DNA from: Candidatus Bathyarchaeota archaeon
GTDB lineage: Archaea > Thermoproteota > Bathyarchaeia > Bathyarchaeales > Bathycorpusculaceae
Assembly: GCA_963715865.1 (NCBI GenBank)
Contig: OY970280.1
Coordinates: 1,184,001 to 1,248,000 of the forward strand
Length of the DNA: 64,000 bases
Reading direction: 5' to 3'
Under the pieces are notes generated by a model. That model did no database searches. It was not told the DNA's origin and saw only the letters and a list, made by a program, of their open reading frames with translations. The position numbers and the translations under genes are program-made. Positions 39,318 to 48,647 of this stretch are shown in pieces. How positions within the stretch are numbered: position 1 is the first letter of the stretch; each line of letters begins with the position of its first letter.

Positions 39318-40466
39318 TTGAAGGAAAATCAAGCGGTGAAATTAAACTTAAAAGAGCAAATCCAAAAGATTCCTCACTCAGTAAAGTTAGCTATTCTCAT
39401 AGTTTTAGCTGCTAAAATTTTGGTCTTAGCCGTCGGCTTCATCACCACATACTTAAACACTGGTCCCCACCCACCGCTGTCAATAGTTATGGACATGTTC
39501 AACAAGTGGGATGCCCCACACTACGTTGACATCGCTAAGAACTGGTATGTCAACACAGGCGACGCAGCGAATTTCATCGTGTTTTTCCCCTTGTACCCCA
39601 TTCTGATTCGCCTCTTTACGGTTGACTTTAATTATGCTACGCTGTCTGCGTTAATAATTTCAAATGTTTGCAGCCTAATTGGCTTCTTCTACCTATACAA
39701 GCTAGCCAAACTAGAATTCAACGATGGTGTAGCTGTGAAAGCGGTGCTTTTCCTCAGTGTTTTCCCCACCGCATACTTTCTCTCAGCCCCTTACACCGAG
39801 GGGCTCTTCTTTGCCTTAGTTATCGCCAGCATGTATTGCGCACGATTAGGGAGATGGGAGTTTGCAGGTTTAACCAGTTTATTTGCCGCGTTAACAAGGT
39901 TTGCTGGATTGTCTCTTATGCCTGTGCTTTTGGTTGAGTATTTTCATCAGAGAGGTTGGAAACCAAAGAAATTAGACCTAAACATTTTATGGGTTTTTTC
40001 AGCTTTGGCAGGGTATCTGATTTACCTCAGCATTAACTATCAGGTGACTGGGAACCCGTTTACATATATGACGATAGAGTCTACACATTGGAGTAACAGG
40101 TTTGACCCCAAGAGTGGTGTAATGGCTACTTATAGTTGGGCAACAACCGCGTCTTACCCAAGCAACATAACTATCGGTGCTGCACAACTAGCCTTCGCTA
40201 TTTTTGGATTGATGATTCTTGGTGTTAGCGTTTGGAAGCGCTTGCGCCCAGCGTACATTTTGTACATGTTTCTTATTTGGGCGCTGAGTGTTTCAGAGTC
40301 ATGGTGGCTAAGCGTGCCTCGCTATATTATGACAATGTTTCCAATGTTCATGCTTTTTGGCTTACTTGCACGTAGAAAATCGGTAACAATTGCGGTTGCC
40401 GTTGTATCTTTAGCGCTTCTATGTTATTTCACGGTATTCTTTGCGAGAGGATGGTTTGCTTTCTAA
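39318..40466 (+). CDS. PIG-V-like GT-C mannosyltransferase
   Basis: 'KWDAPHYVDIAKNWY', 'FFPLYP', 'YTEGLF', 'RY' motif near the C terminus. Confidence 0.75.
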   Translation: MKENQAVKLNLKEQIQKIPHSVKLAILIVLAAKILVLAVGFITTYLNTGPHPPLSIVMDMFNKWDAPHYVDIAKNWYVNTGDAANFIVFFPLYPILIRLFTVDFNYATLSALIISNVCSLIGFFYLYKLAKLEFNDGVAVKAVLFLSVFPTAYFLSAPYTEGLFFALVIASMYCARLGRWEFAGLTSLFAALTRFAGLSLMPVLLVEYFHQRGWKPKKLDLNILWVFSALAGYLIYLSINYQVTGNPFTYMTIESTHWSNRFDPKSGVMATYSWATTASYPSNITIGAAQLAFAIFGLMILGVSVWKRLRPAYILYMFLIWALSVSESWWLSVPRYIMTMFPMFMLFGLLARRKSVTIAVAVVSLALLCYFTVFFARGWFAF

Positions 40467-40470
40467 AAAT

Positions 40471-40902
40471 CTATTTACAATGCTTCATTTTCTCCAACAA
40501 AGCCTTGAATACGGCATAAGAATCCTTTGGGTCAGAAATGCCCGCGGCAGCCTTCTCGAAGGGACACGTATCAGTCTTGTTTAAGTCAAGAACATTGTCC
40601 ACCAACTGCTTCCATTCGCAGGGCACCTTGTTCTCTTCAAACACTGCTTTGGCTTTCCTGCTTAAAACTTCAGCGTAAACTTCATGTATTCCAGCGTAAA
40701 CGCATAGTAGCGCTAATGCTTTGCCAGCCACTCGATCAGCCACCGAGGCACCGTTTAAATCAGTGTCGAATTTTTCTATGGCGCCTATAAAACCAGAGAT
40801 TCTGTGCGAGTCCGTTTGGAAGAATACTTGCCCGTTTTTCACTATAACAAGCGTTAGCTGCTTATCATAGAGTTGCTTTTTGGCTATTTCGAGGTCTTGC
40901 AT
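40471..40902 (-). CDS. DUF1893 (TM1506-like) protein
   Basis: 'VADRVAGKALALL', 'CPFEKAA'. Confidence 0.75.
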   Translation of the reverse strand: MQDLEIAKKQLYDKQLTLVIVKNGQVFFQTDSHRISGFIGAIEKFDTDLNGASVADRVAGKALALLCVYAGIHEVYAEVLSRKAKAVFEENKVPCEWKQLVDNVLDLNKTDTCPFEKAAAGISDPKDSYAVFKALLEKMKHCK

Positions 40903-40954
40903 GATTCTTCATTAATTTCAACGCTGGGCTGCTAAAAACACTATTGGTTCTAAA

Positions 40955-41392
40955 CTACTCAAGGGTAATGTTGAAGAGTTGGTTCTCAGGCATTTCGGCG
41001 AGTTCCCAAGCGAACGCTTCGTCTAGTTTATCTTGCTTTAGCTTCTGTTCCAATTGCTCCCTGAAGTGTTGTGTAAGTGTTATTTTTGCTGTTTTTGCAT
41101 TTTTTTCGCTCGTGAAGGTTGCTTGGATGGTTTTTGAGTTTTTGAATTTGAGTCTTTGGTTGCCTATTGTGCAGGTTGTTGAAACCTGTATGCCGTCGAG
41201 CAAGCAGGAAAACGGCGGATGCAACGGCAAAGCAACTTCTGCCCTGAGAAGCGTGCATTCTGCATCGGAGATGTTTAGGGCTTTTTTGGCTGCAGCACCC
41301 ATCTTTAAGCCGATAACCAAGAATGGTCCTACGTGTCCGTGTAGTTTGCGTGCGAATTCGATGAGTGCTGTGAGTTCATTTGGTTCTGGCAT
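40955..41392 (-). CDS. FmdE-family putative metal-binding protein
   Basis: 'HGHVGPFLVIG', 'CLLDGIQVSTTCTIGN'. Confidence 0.85.
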   Translation of the reverse strand: MPEPNELTALIEFARKLHGHVGPFLVIGLKMGAAAKKALNISDAECTLLRAEVALPLHPPFSCLLDGIQVSTTCTIGNQRLKFKNSKTIQATFTSEKNAKTAKITLTQHFREQLEQKLKQDKLDEAFAWELAEMPENQLFNITLE

Positions 41393-41409
41393 TTCTTTGC
41401 CTCTTTTAG

Positions 41410-42486
41410 CTAAGTTTTTGCGTTTATTGAAGATTGCTGTATCTGGTTAAACGGGACTGTCTTATCAAATTGCTTGTATTGCCAGTAGCCGAAAGAAACC
41501 AGCCAAGACACAACGAAGATGGCCACTATTCCGAAACCTATCATTTCAAAATTGAGCGCGTTAAGCCAGTTCCAGAACAACCCGTTAAGGTTTAATTCAC
41601 TTGAAAGCACCTGTAAAAGCTCCACGGTGCCTATTGCCCATGCAACAAGCACTGATATGACTGTGACTGTCAAGTTGTAGTATATCTTTCGTATGGGGTT
41701 GAGGAAAGCCCAGCCGTAAGCTACTCTCATTGCAACGCCGTCTGCAGTGTCTATTGTGACCATGCCACAGGTAAACAGTAGCGGAAGAATAAGGATATAG
41801 TACAGAGGAATGTTTGTGGAAACGCCGATTCCAACGCTTATGGCAATGAGGGCAACTTCGCTTGCAGTATCGAATCCTAAACCGAATAGCACGCCAACTG
41901 GGTAGATGTGCCAAGGTTTGCTTATGATTTTGAAGAGTGGACGGAAGAAGCGGTTCATGAATCCACGATTTTCGAGCAAATTGTCGAGTTCAGCCTGATT
42001 TAGTTTACCTTGCTTCAGCGTCTGGAAAATCTTGTAAATGCCAATCACGATGACGGCATTAATGAAGCCGATAATCCAAAGAAAGCTTCCTGAGACTAGG
42101 GTCCCGATTACTGCACCTGCACTTTGGAGAGCAGGAATGTTAGTCGCGACAGCCCGTGTTGCCACTATTAAGCCGATGATGAGGGCAACGACGACCGTGG
42201 AATGCCCAAGAGAAAACCACATTCCAACCGTAAATGGACGCTTTCCTTCCTGCATCAGCTTTCTTGTCGTGTTATCGATGGCTGCTATATGATCAGCATC
42301 AACGCCATGACGCAAACCAAAGACATAAGCCACTATTCCAAGACCTGCGAGGACCACTGCGATTTTTCCAATGACGAATGCTGCGGAGAAGCCAAGTGAA
42401 GTGACGGTTAATAGTATTGAGAAAATTATGGCTATCTTGATTTTCTCGTTGCGTGAGAGATTGAGTGCCGAAAGTTTATCCGTCAA
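41410..42486 (-). CDS. NiCoT (HoxN/NixA) nickel/cobalt transporter
   Basis: Signature 'GLRHGVDADHIAAID', 'FSLGHS', 'FGLGFDTASE'. Confidence 0.92.
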   Translation of the reverse strand: MTDKLSALNLSRNEKIKIAIIFSILLTVTSLGFSAAFVIGKIAVVLAGLGIVAYVFGLRHGVDADHIAAIDNTTRKLMQEGKRPFTVGMWFSLGHSTVVVALIIGLIVATRAVATNIPALQSAGAVIGTLVSGSFLWIIGFINAVIVIGIYKIFQTLKQGKLNQAELDNLLENRGFMNRFFRPLFKIISKPWHIYPVGVLFGLGFDTASEVALIAISVGIGVSTNIPLYYILILPLLFTCGMVTIDTADGVAMRVAYGWAFLNPIRKIYYNLTVTVISVLVAWAIGTVELLQVLSSELNLNGLFWNWLNALNFEMIGFGIVAIFVVSWLVSFGYWQYKQFDKTVPFNQIQQSSINAKT

Positions 42487-42499
42487 TCCTTAGCCTTCC

Positions 42500-42529
42500 A
42501 GTAACACTTTCTCCAAAATTCGTGTTACT
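42500..42529. promoter_or_regulatory. NikR operator
   Basis: AGTAACAC-N14-GTGTTACT, i.e. GTAACA-N16-TGTTAC (NikR geometry), between the TATA (about 42534-42545) and the NiCoT start. Confidence 0.8.
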
Positions 42530-42575
42530 CAACATATAAAAGCTTTTAGGTACAAAACACTCACATTCATCAGCG

Positions 42576-42989
42576 ATGTCCATGTCAAAAGTCACCCGAA
42601 TAGGCGTAACATTCCCACCTGAACTACTCAAAGACTTCGACGAAGTCATAAGCAAAATGGGCTACGAAAGCCGCAGCAAAGCAATACAAGACGCAGTAAG
42701 ACTATACGTTTCGGAACGGAAATGGCTTAAAGAGGAAGACAGCACCCAAACAGGCATTTTACTCATGGTTTTCGATCATGAAGTGAAAGGACTTGAAAGC
42801 GAACTAACCGAAACGCAACACCATCACTCTTCACTGATCTCGTCGACCATGCACATTCACCTTGGCGAACGAGACTGCCTAGAAGCCATAGCTGTTAAAG
42901 GTAAAGCTTCAGAAATACACGAGTTAAGCGATGAATTAACTACAAGAAGAGGAGTAAAAATCCTCAAAACAATGATAGTAACCGTTTAA
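42576..42989 (+). CDS. nikR: Nickel-responsive regulator
   Basis: RHH 'RIGVTFPPELL...SRSKAIQDA', 'HHH', 'MHIHL..RDCLE'. Confidence 0.9.
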   Translation: MSMSKVTRIGVTFPPELLKDFDEVISKMGYESRSKAIQDAVRLYVSERKWLKEEDSTQTGILLMVFDHEVKGLESELTETQHHHSSLISSTMHIHLGERDCLEAIAVKGKASEIHELSDELTTRRGVKILKTMIVTV

Positions 42990-43891
42990 ACCTGAAACAT
43001 TCTCTCCAACGAAGCACGAGCTTTCTTTGCAACCGCTTCAGGAACCTTAACCACATGCTTCTCCTCTTTCAACGCAGCGTAAAGCCGATCAAGCGTTGTT
43101 AGCTTCATGTTTGGGCATATTGCACCTTCATAAGCTAAGTAAAAGTTTTTCTCCGGATTCTCTTTGCGCAAGCGATGTAGGATGCCTTCTTCAGTGCCGA
43201 CAATGAAGTTTTTAGCGTTGGATTCTTTGGCATAACGGCACATTTTTGAAGTGCTGCCAACGTAGTCAGCTACTTTCCGCATTTCAGAACTGCATTCAGG
43301 ATGAACCATAACAGAAGCATCTGGATGCTGCATCTTTAGGACTTTCACGTCTTCAGGCTGGAAAAGCAGGTGCGTTGGGCAAAATCCCCATTCAGGAATC
43401 GGAATAAGCGTCTTCCCAGTCTTCTCGGAAACGTATTCGGCTAGGTTGCGGTCTGGACCAAACAGTATTGTTTCTGCATCGAGAGATTTTATGACTTCCA
43501 CAGCGTTGGCGCTGGTGCAGCAAACATCGCAGTTAGCTTTGCATAAAGCCAAAGTATTCACGTACAGCACTACTGGAGCATCTGGATAAAGGGCTTTAGC
43601 GCGTTTTATCTCATCAACCGTAAGCATCTGCGCCATGGGGCATCTTGCGCCTAAACAGGGCAAAAGAACTTTCTTGTCTGGGTTTAATATTGCTGCTGAT
43701 TCAGCCATGAAATCTACAGCTGAGAAAACAAGCATTTCAGCGTCTTTTTCCTCTGCAGCTTTGCGGCTCAGTTCAATGCTGTCGCCGACGTAGTCAGCTA
43801 TGTCTTGGATTTCTGGCCTTTGGTAATTATGAGCCAATATCACAGCTTTCTTTTCTTTCTTGAGCTTTAGGATTTTATCCGCTAACGCCAT
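42986..43891 (-). CDS. nadA: Quinolinate synthase
   Basis: 'LAHNYQ', 'GDSIELS', 'VHPEC', 'CPNMK'. Confidence 0.95.
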   Translation of the reverse strand: MALADKILKLKKEKKAVILAHNYQRPEIQDIADYVGDSIELSRKAAEEKDAEMLVFSAVDFMAESAAILNPDKKVLLPCLGARCPMAQMLTVDEIKRAKALYPDAPVVLYVNTLALCKANCDVCCTSANAVEVIKSLDAETILFGPDRNLAEYVSEKTGKTLIPIPEWGFCPTHLLFQPEDVKVLKMQHPDASVMVHPECSSEMRKVADYVGSTSKMCRYAKESNAKNFIVGTEEGILHRLRKENPEKNFYLAYEGAICPNMKLTTLDRLYAALKEEKHVVKVPEAVAKKARASLERMFQV

Positions 43892-44129
43892 ATTTCCGCC
43901 TAGTTTGCCTTAAAGTGAAAAATAATGAGGACAAGTCAACAGATATATGCTTTTACCCTCGCACTTATACTTTCATCCTTAAAAATAAAGAAAAAGCATT
44001 GCCAAAGCCTTTGAAACTCTAATGCTCTTTCTTTGACTATAGCCACCTTAATTATAGGTAGATTTTGGTTCTGTGAAGTCTCTGTCGAATATGGTGTTCA
44101 TGTGAAAAATCTATAAACTTCCATCTTAT

Positions 44130-45509
44130 TCAGCGGCGTGCTAGCCTGAGTAAAAAGCTAAGTTTGTGCCTACTTGCCCAGACAAGTCCAGATAACACAA
44201 ATGCGAACCCCAAATACTGAAGGCTCATTAGAAAGCTATATGTGCCTATTGGCGAGGGATTAAAAAGAGAATAACCCAAATTAATGTTCCTCTCCACTCT
44301 GAACAGCAAATAATCCCATGTGGAAAACATATGCGCATAATACATGTTGAAAAGTATTGACGCCCCCAGCAAAATCAGCCCCGCCAAAGCGGCCAAAACG
44401 AAGAGTAGCCTGTTCAGTTTCACCTTTGATTTTGCTGATTTAAACAATGAAAGGCTTTTGCCAGCCAATGACGCTGCTAACAAACTGAAGAAAGGCAAGG
44501 ACTGATAATCAAACTTAAAGGCGTCAGTATAAGGCGCTTTAAGATTCAGAACGACTCCCAAAAAAGTGTTGACGCTTACCACAGATATTATAGTTGCCAA
44601 ACAAATTAAATCAAAAACAAGTAACTTATGAAATAAGCTTCTCTGCATTAAACAGATGAGCAAGGACAAGATTGCTGCATCTATGAAAAACCATCCCAAA
44701 CCGTAATTCACAAGAAAATTGACGACAAATAGGTACGAAGGAATAACCTCGCTGGAATTATGGTTTATAAAATCACCATGATTGAAAACAGAAAGTATCC
44801 CTTGCCCTGAAATTACTTGATACCATAAGAAAGAAAATAATAGCGCAGGTAAGGAAAAAGCTACCAACTGGCTAAGTATACGTCTTGGATTCTTCGGTCG
44901 ATAATAAACGTACAACAACAACAGTGGAATAAGTATAAAGGCGGCGAATAACTTCGTCAGAAAAGCAGCAGCGAAAAAAGCCCCTGAAACCACAAAAAGC
45001 TTAACTGAATCCTTGCGAATAGCCAAGATTCCAACAAATAGACAAAGCAGACTAAAAAACAGACATTGCACATCTATGAGGAAGCTTCTCGAAAGAACGA
45101 GCTCCCACGGGGTTAAAGCAAAGAGCACAGCTGCGAACAACCCTGTTGACTTGCCATACAAATCCTTGCCTATTTTGTATACCAAGACAATGCATCCAAG
45201 CCCAAACAACGTTACTAAAGCTACGCCCGTGTCGATTGACAAGCCAAAGACTTTGAAGAACAATGCTTCAATATAGAAGCCTAATGGTGGCTGGTTCATT
45301 ATATTGCCAAAAGTGTTCACATAGGGCATGCCCCATTTAATTACTCCCATTGCAGCTTCGTATTCCCATTGCGTATCCCCGTTTTGATAAGGACCTATTG
45401 AAAAAGAAACGAGCACAACCCCAATTAGAACGCTTAACAAGGGATAATTTTCACTAACTAGTTTTCTAATGCTGTCCTTATCAAGCACATTTACACCCCC
45501 TTTCACCAT
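44130..45509 (-). CDS. GT39/ArnT-like GT-C glycosyltransferase
   Basis: 'QPPLGFY', 'FLTK' and a multi-TM pattern. Confidence 0.75.
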   Translation of the reverse strand: MVKGGVNVLDKDSIRKLVSENYPLLSVLIGVVLVSFSIGPYQNGDTQWEYEAAMGVIKWGMPYVNTFGNIMNQPPLGFYIEALFFKVFGLSIDTGVALVTLFGLGCIVLVYKIGKDLYGKSTGLFAAVLFALTPWELVLSRSFLIDVQCLFFSLLCLFVGILAIRKDSVKLFVVSGAFFAAAFLTKLFAAFILIPLLLLYVYYRPKNPRRILSQLVAFSLPALLFSFLWYQVISGQGILSVFNHGDFINHNSSEVIPSYLFVVNFLVNYGLGWFFIDAAILSLLICLMQRSLFHKLLVFDLICLATIISVVSVNTFLGVVLNLKAPYTDAFKFDYQSLPFFSLLAASLAGKSLSLFKSAKSKVKLNRLLFVLAALAGLILLGASILFNMYYAHMFSTWDYLLFRVERNINLGYSLFNPSPIGTYSFLMSLQYLGFAFVLSGLVWASRHKLSFLLRLARR

Positions 45510-45750
45510 TCAAACATGAGCTAATTGGAACTTTGATTATCTTGCTAGCTTCTTATCTAACACTTAATTCATTAGCAACGTTTTGAAAATAAAATTTTCC
45601 ATATTTCACTTAAAACGATGGTGGTTTGGAAATTTCTTTATAAAAAGGACTTTTTAATTTAACATATTTGCTAGTCTCTATCCATGCGAGATCCTAAAAA
45701 TTAAAGGAGCCGCTTTTTATCCTTGCAGGGTTAAGTATTGAAGGTCAACT

Positions 45751-47358
45751 TTAACCAGTGAAGTTTAAAATGAAAATTCTTCTTGGATCAGAACCAAACG
45801 TGGCATCGGGTGAAATTTGAGAAAAGTTGCTTGAATCATATATCTGTTCATAGATTTGGTGCAAGTTCAGCGTCGTGTTGAAGTAGGGCACTGTGCCCCC
45901 GTTCTCATAGGTGAAAACGAACTTTACGTTGTCCTGTTTGCATAAGCCGATGAATTCGGTTATGTTGAAGGTCGGCGTGTAGGTGTCAACTGGTAACTGC
46001 GGGTACTGGTAGGTTTGGATTTGGGTCTTGCCGTCTGCCCAAAGGTAGAAGTTTACCATGTCTTGGCTGAAAAAGTTGAATGGGCAAAGAACCATTATTG
46101 ACTGGTTTGCAGAGTCACGGGTGATGGCGTAGTTTGTAGCATCCTTGATGTCAATTTGGATGTTGTATTTTGCAACTATAGAGTAATTGTCACTTATACT
46201 GTAAACCATTGCAACCGCCAGGAAAGTTATGAATAATCCAGCGGCAAATTTGGCGGCTCGTTTCTTGTTTACGCTTACGTGCCCCTTCCAAGTGTTCTGT
46301 GCCTTACCATAAACGAATAAAATAAAGGCTGATGCTGAGATTGCCAAGGTTGGAAACAGCGGTAGTACATAACGCCACTGCCTATTCTCTATCAATGTAA
46401 AGAAAACGAAAACGCTCACAAACCAGATGAAAACAAATTTGTCTTCTTTTTTTCGTCTCCAAGCAAACAAGCCTAAACCAAGCAGACCTACAATGTAGAG
46501 CAAGAGCGAAATTGGATGAATATCATTGTAGGGCCAAGTCATTTCCACTAAATAAAATATAGGAAGCGGAAAACGGATGCTGTAGAGTGACTTTTCAGGG
46601 TTGCCCATTTGCAGAGCGTATATCCATTGGTTTAAAATTTGAGAAGCGTAAACTTGGTAGGCAATTATAATCCAGGGGATAATCACTATTGCCGCAGTAA
46701 CTATCAACAGAGTAAACTTTGAAAACAACCGTTTAAGCTGACCCCAGCCTAAAATTACTAAGCTAACAATCATCACAGCTCCCGCAGCAAGCACCTGATA
46801 CTTTGTCAGAAAGCCCAAGCCTAAAGCTAAACCGCTGAAAACTAACATTTTATTCTGATGGTTATTTAGCCAACGATAAAAGAAAAGCAATGACAACGTA
46901 AAAAAGAAAACAAGCATCACTTCTAACAAAGCCATGCGTGAAAGCCAAAAGTAACCTGGCATAATCCCCAATAAGACAGCTGAGATTAACGCGGCTTTTC
47001 CGCCGTACATACCGTAGGCAAATTCAAACACTGCCCAAAGCGAAAGAACAGAAAAAACAGCTGAAACCAGCCTACCAGAAACCAAGCTTACGCCAAAAAC
47101 ATTATAGAAAACCATGGTGATGGAATCAAAAAGCGGTGGATAAAACGAGTTATTGATAAATTTGTCGTATAGTCCCATTTTTAAATATAATCCGCCATTC
47201 AGGTGGACAACCTCATCCCACTGCATCGGCATATTGGAAAGATTCAGCACAAGCAAAACGGCGTAGGATAACGCAAAAACCAAAAAGGCTATTCGCCACT
47301 TGTTTAATCCTGCCTTTAATTGAGTTAGACGCATTTTTGAACCTGATTTATCAATCAT
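45751..47358 (-). CDS. GT39/ArnT-like GT-C glycosyltransferase
   Basis: 'WDEVVH', 'YPPLF', 'LGFLTKY', 'RYVLPLFP'. Confidence 0.8.
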   Translation of the reverse strand: MIDKSGSKMRLTQLKAGLNKWRIAFLVFALSYAVLLVLNLSNMPMQWDEVVHLNGGLYLKMGLYDKFINNSFYPPLFDSITMVFYNVFGVSLVSGRLVSAVFSVLSLWAVFEFAYGMYGGKAALISAVLLGIMPGYFWLSRMALLEVMLVFFFTLSLLFFYRWLNNHQNKMLVFSGLALGLGFLTKYQVLAAGAVMIVSLVILGWGQLKRLFSKFTLLIVTAAIVIIPWIIIAYQVYASQILNQWIYALQMGNPEKSLYSIRFPLPIFYLVEMTWPYNDIHPISLLLYIVGLLGLGLFAWRRKKEDKFVFIWFVSVFVFFTLIENRQWRYVLPLFPTLAISASAFILFVYGKAQNTWKGHVSVNKKRAAKFAAGLFITFLAVAMVYSISDNYSIVAKYNIQIDIKDATNYAITRDSANQSIMVLCPFNFFSQDMVNFYLWADGKTQIQTYQYPQLPVDTYTPTFNITEFIGLCKQDNVKFVFTYENGGTVPYFNTTLNLHQIYEQIYDSSNFSQISPDATFGSDPRRIFILNFTG

Positions 47359-47482
47359 AGTTCTCAGCGCTATAAAGCCAGTTGCTCAAACTATGGCAAG
47401 GAGAGATATAAAACCTTCCAATGCCTCGGAAATCTGATTTTAGGGGATAAATCGCCAACGTATCTTCAGGAGGCTTTTCTTT

Positions 47483-47539
47483 TACTACGTACATTTAAGC
47501 ACCTACTACGTACATTGTAGCCTAAGGATGTACGTGGTA
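47483..47539. repeat. Palindromic element with a duplicated left arm
   Basis: TACTACGTACAT at 47483 and 47504, spacer TGTAGCCTAAGG, right arm ATGTACGTGGTA at 47528-47539. Confidence 0.9.
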
Positions 47540-47606
47540 AAAATTTTAAGTGAGAGTTTCTATAGTATTAAAAAAATAGATGAAAATTTGTCTAGGTGCC
47601 TAATGT

Positions 47607-48647
47607 ATGCCTTACAATGAACTGAGAAAAGATTACTTACTAAACCGCTGGGTCGTAATCGCGACAGAACGAAGCCGCAGACCCAACGATTTTGCCAAAC
47701 AAAAAAATGAATCTGCCAAAAGCACGGTCTGCCCAATGTGCGTTGGCAATGAACACATGACGCCGCCAGCCATGATGCTATACTTGAAAGAGAATGGCGA
47801 AATAAAAAAGGCTAAAGACCCGCTGGTTGGTGAACGCCCAAAAAACTGGCTTGTCCGCTGCATCCCAAACCTTTTCCCTGCGTTCAGTCCACCTAGGCAG
47901 CCTGAAGATGAAACACAAATCATAAAGAGCGAATGTTTTGGCTACGCGATTGGGCACCATGAGGTTATAATTGAATCCCCAAATCATGATGAGGACCCAG
48001 CCGACGCTGAACTGCCACAGTTGGAACTGGCCATTACTACGTACATTGAGAGGCTCAGAGAGTTAAGCGCAAAACCCTACGTCAAATACGTTTCAATTTT
48101 TAGAAATTATGGACAGGAAGCTGGCGCTTCGCTTTCTCATGCGCATAGCCAAATAATTGCGATGCCTATGGTTCCTTCAATCATCCAAGAAGAGTTAGAG
48201 GCAAGTAAAGCGTTCTATGACAAACATGCGAAATGTGTTTTTTGCGACATAATCGAGCAAGAAGTGAAGGGCCCAAGGTTCGTGCTTGAGAATAATGATT
48301 TCATAGTTTTTGCTCCTTACGCAAGCATTAACCCAATGGCATTCTGGATAATGCCCAAAAAACACGCGCCAAGTATCCTTGACCTAACGCGACCTGAGGT
48401 CTCAGCCTTCGCACAAACCCTCAAGGCAAGCCTCAAAGCCTTAAAAGACCTAGTAAACGACCCACCCTACAATTACGGTTTCCACTTAGCCATAAACAAA
48501 GAAGCAAAAGACCATTATCATTGGCACTTGGAAGTTTACCCCAAACTATCAATTTGGGCAGGGTTCGAGATAAGCACAGGAACATACATAAACACTATTA
48601 CGCCAGAAACCGCCGCTGACAGCCTCAGAAAAGCAATAAAACCCTAA
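47607..48647 (+). CDS. galT: Galactose-1-phosphate uridylyltransferase
   Basis: 'ERSRRP', 'CPMC.GNE', 'HEVIIESP', 'GASLSHAHSQ', 'CVFC'. Confidence 0.88.
   Translation: MPYNELRKDYLLNRWVVIATERSRRPNDFAKQKNESAKSTVCPMCVGNEHMTPPAMMLYLKENGEIKKAKDPLVGERPKNWLVRCIPNLFPAFSPPRQPEDETQIIKSECFGYAIGHHEVIIESPNHDEDPADAELPQLELAITTYIERLRELSAKPYVKYVSIFRNYGQEAGASLSHAHSQIIAMPMVPSIIQEELEASKAFYDKHAKCVFCDIIEQEVKGPRFVLENNDFIVFAPYASINPMAFWIMPKKHAPSILDLTRPEVSAFAQTLKASLKALKDLVNDPPYNYGFHLAINKEAKDHYHWHLEVYPKLSIWAGFEISTGTYINTITPETAADSLRKAIKP

Noticed and set aside
40955-41392. FmdE as evidence of a formylmethanofuran dehydrogenase operon or methanogenesis
   Set aside because: No fmd/fwd catalytic subunits nearby; stand-alone FmdE proteins are widespread.
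47483-47539. Two direct copies of TACTACGTACAT as a mini-CRISPR
   Set aside because: Only 12-bp units 21 bp apart; no spacers of CRISPR length and no cas genes.
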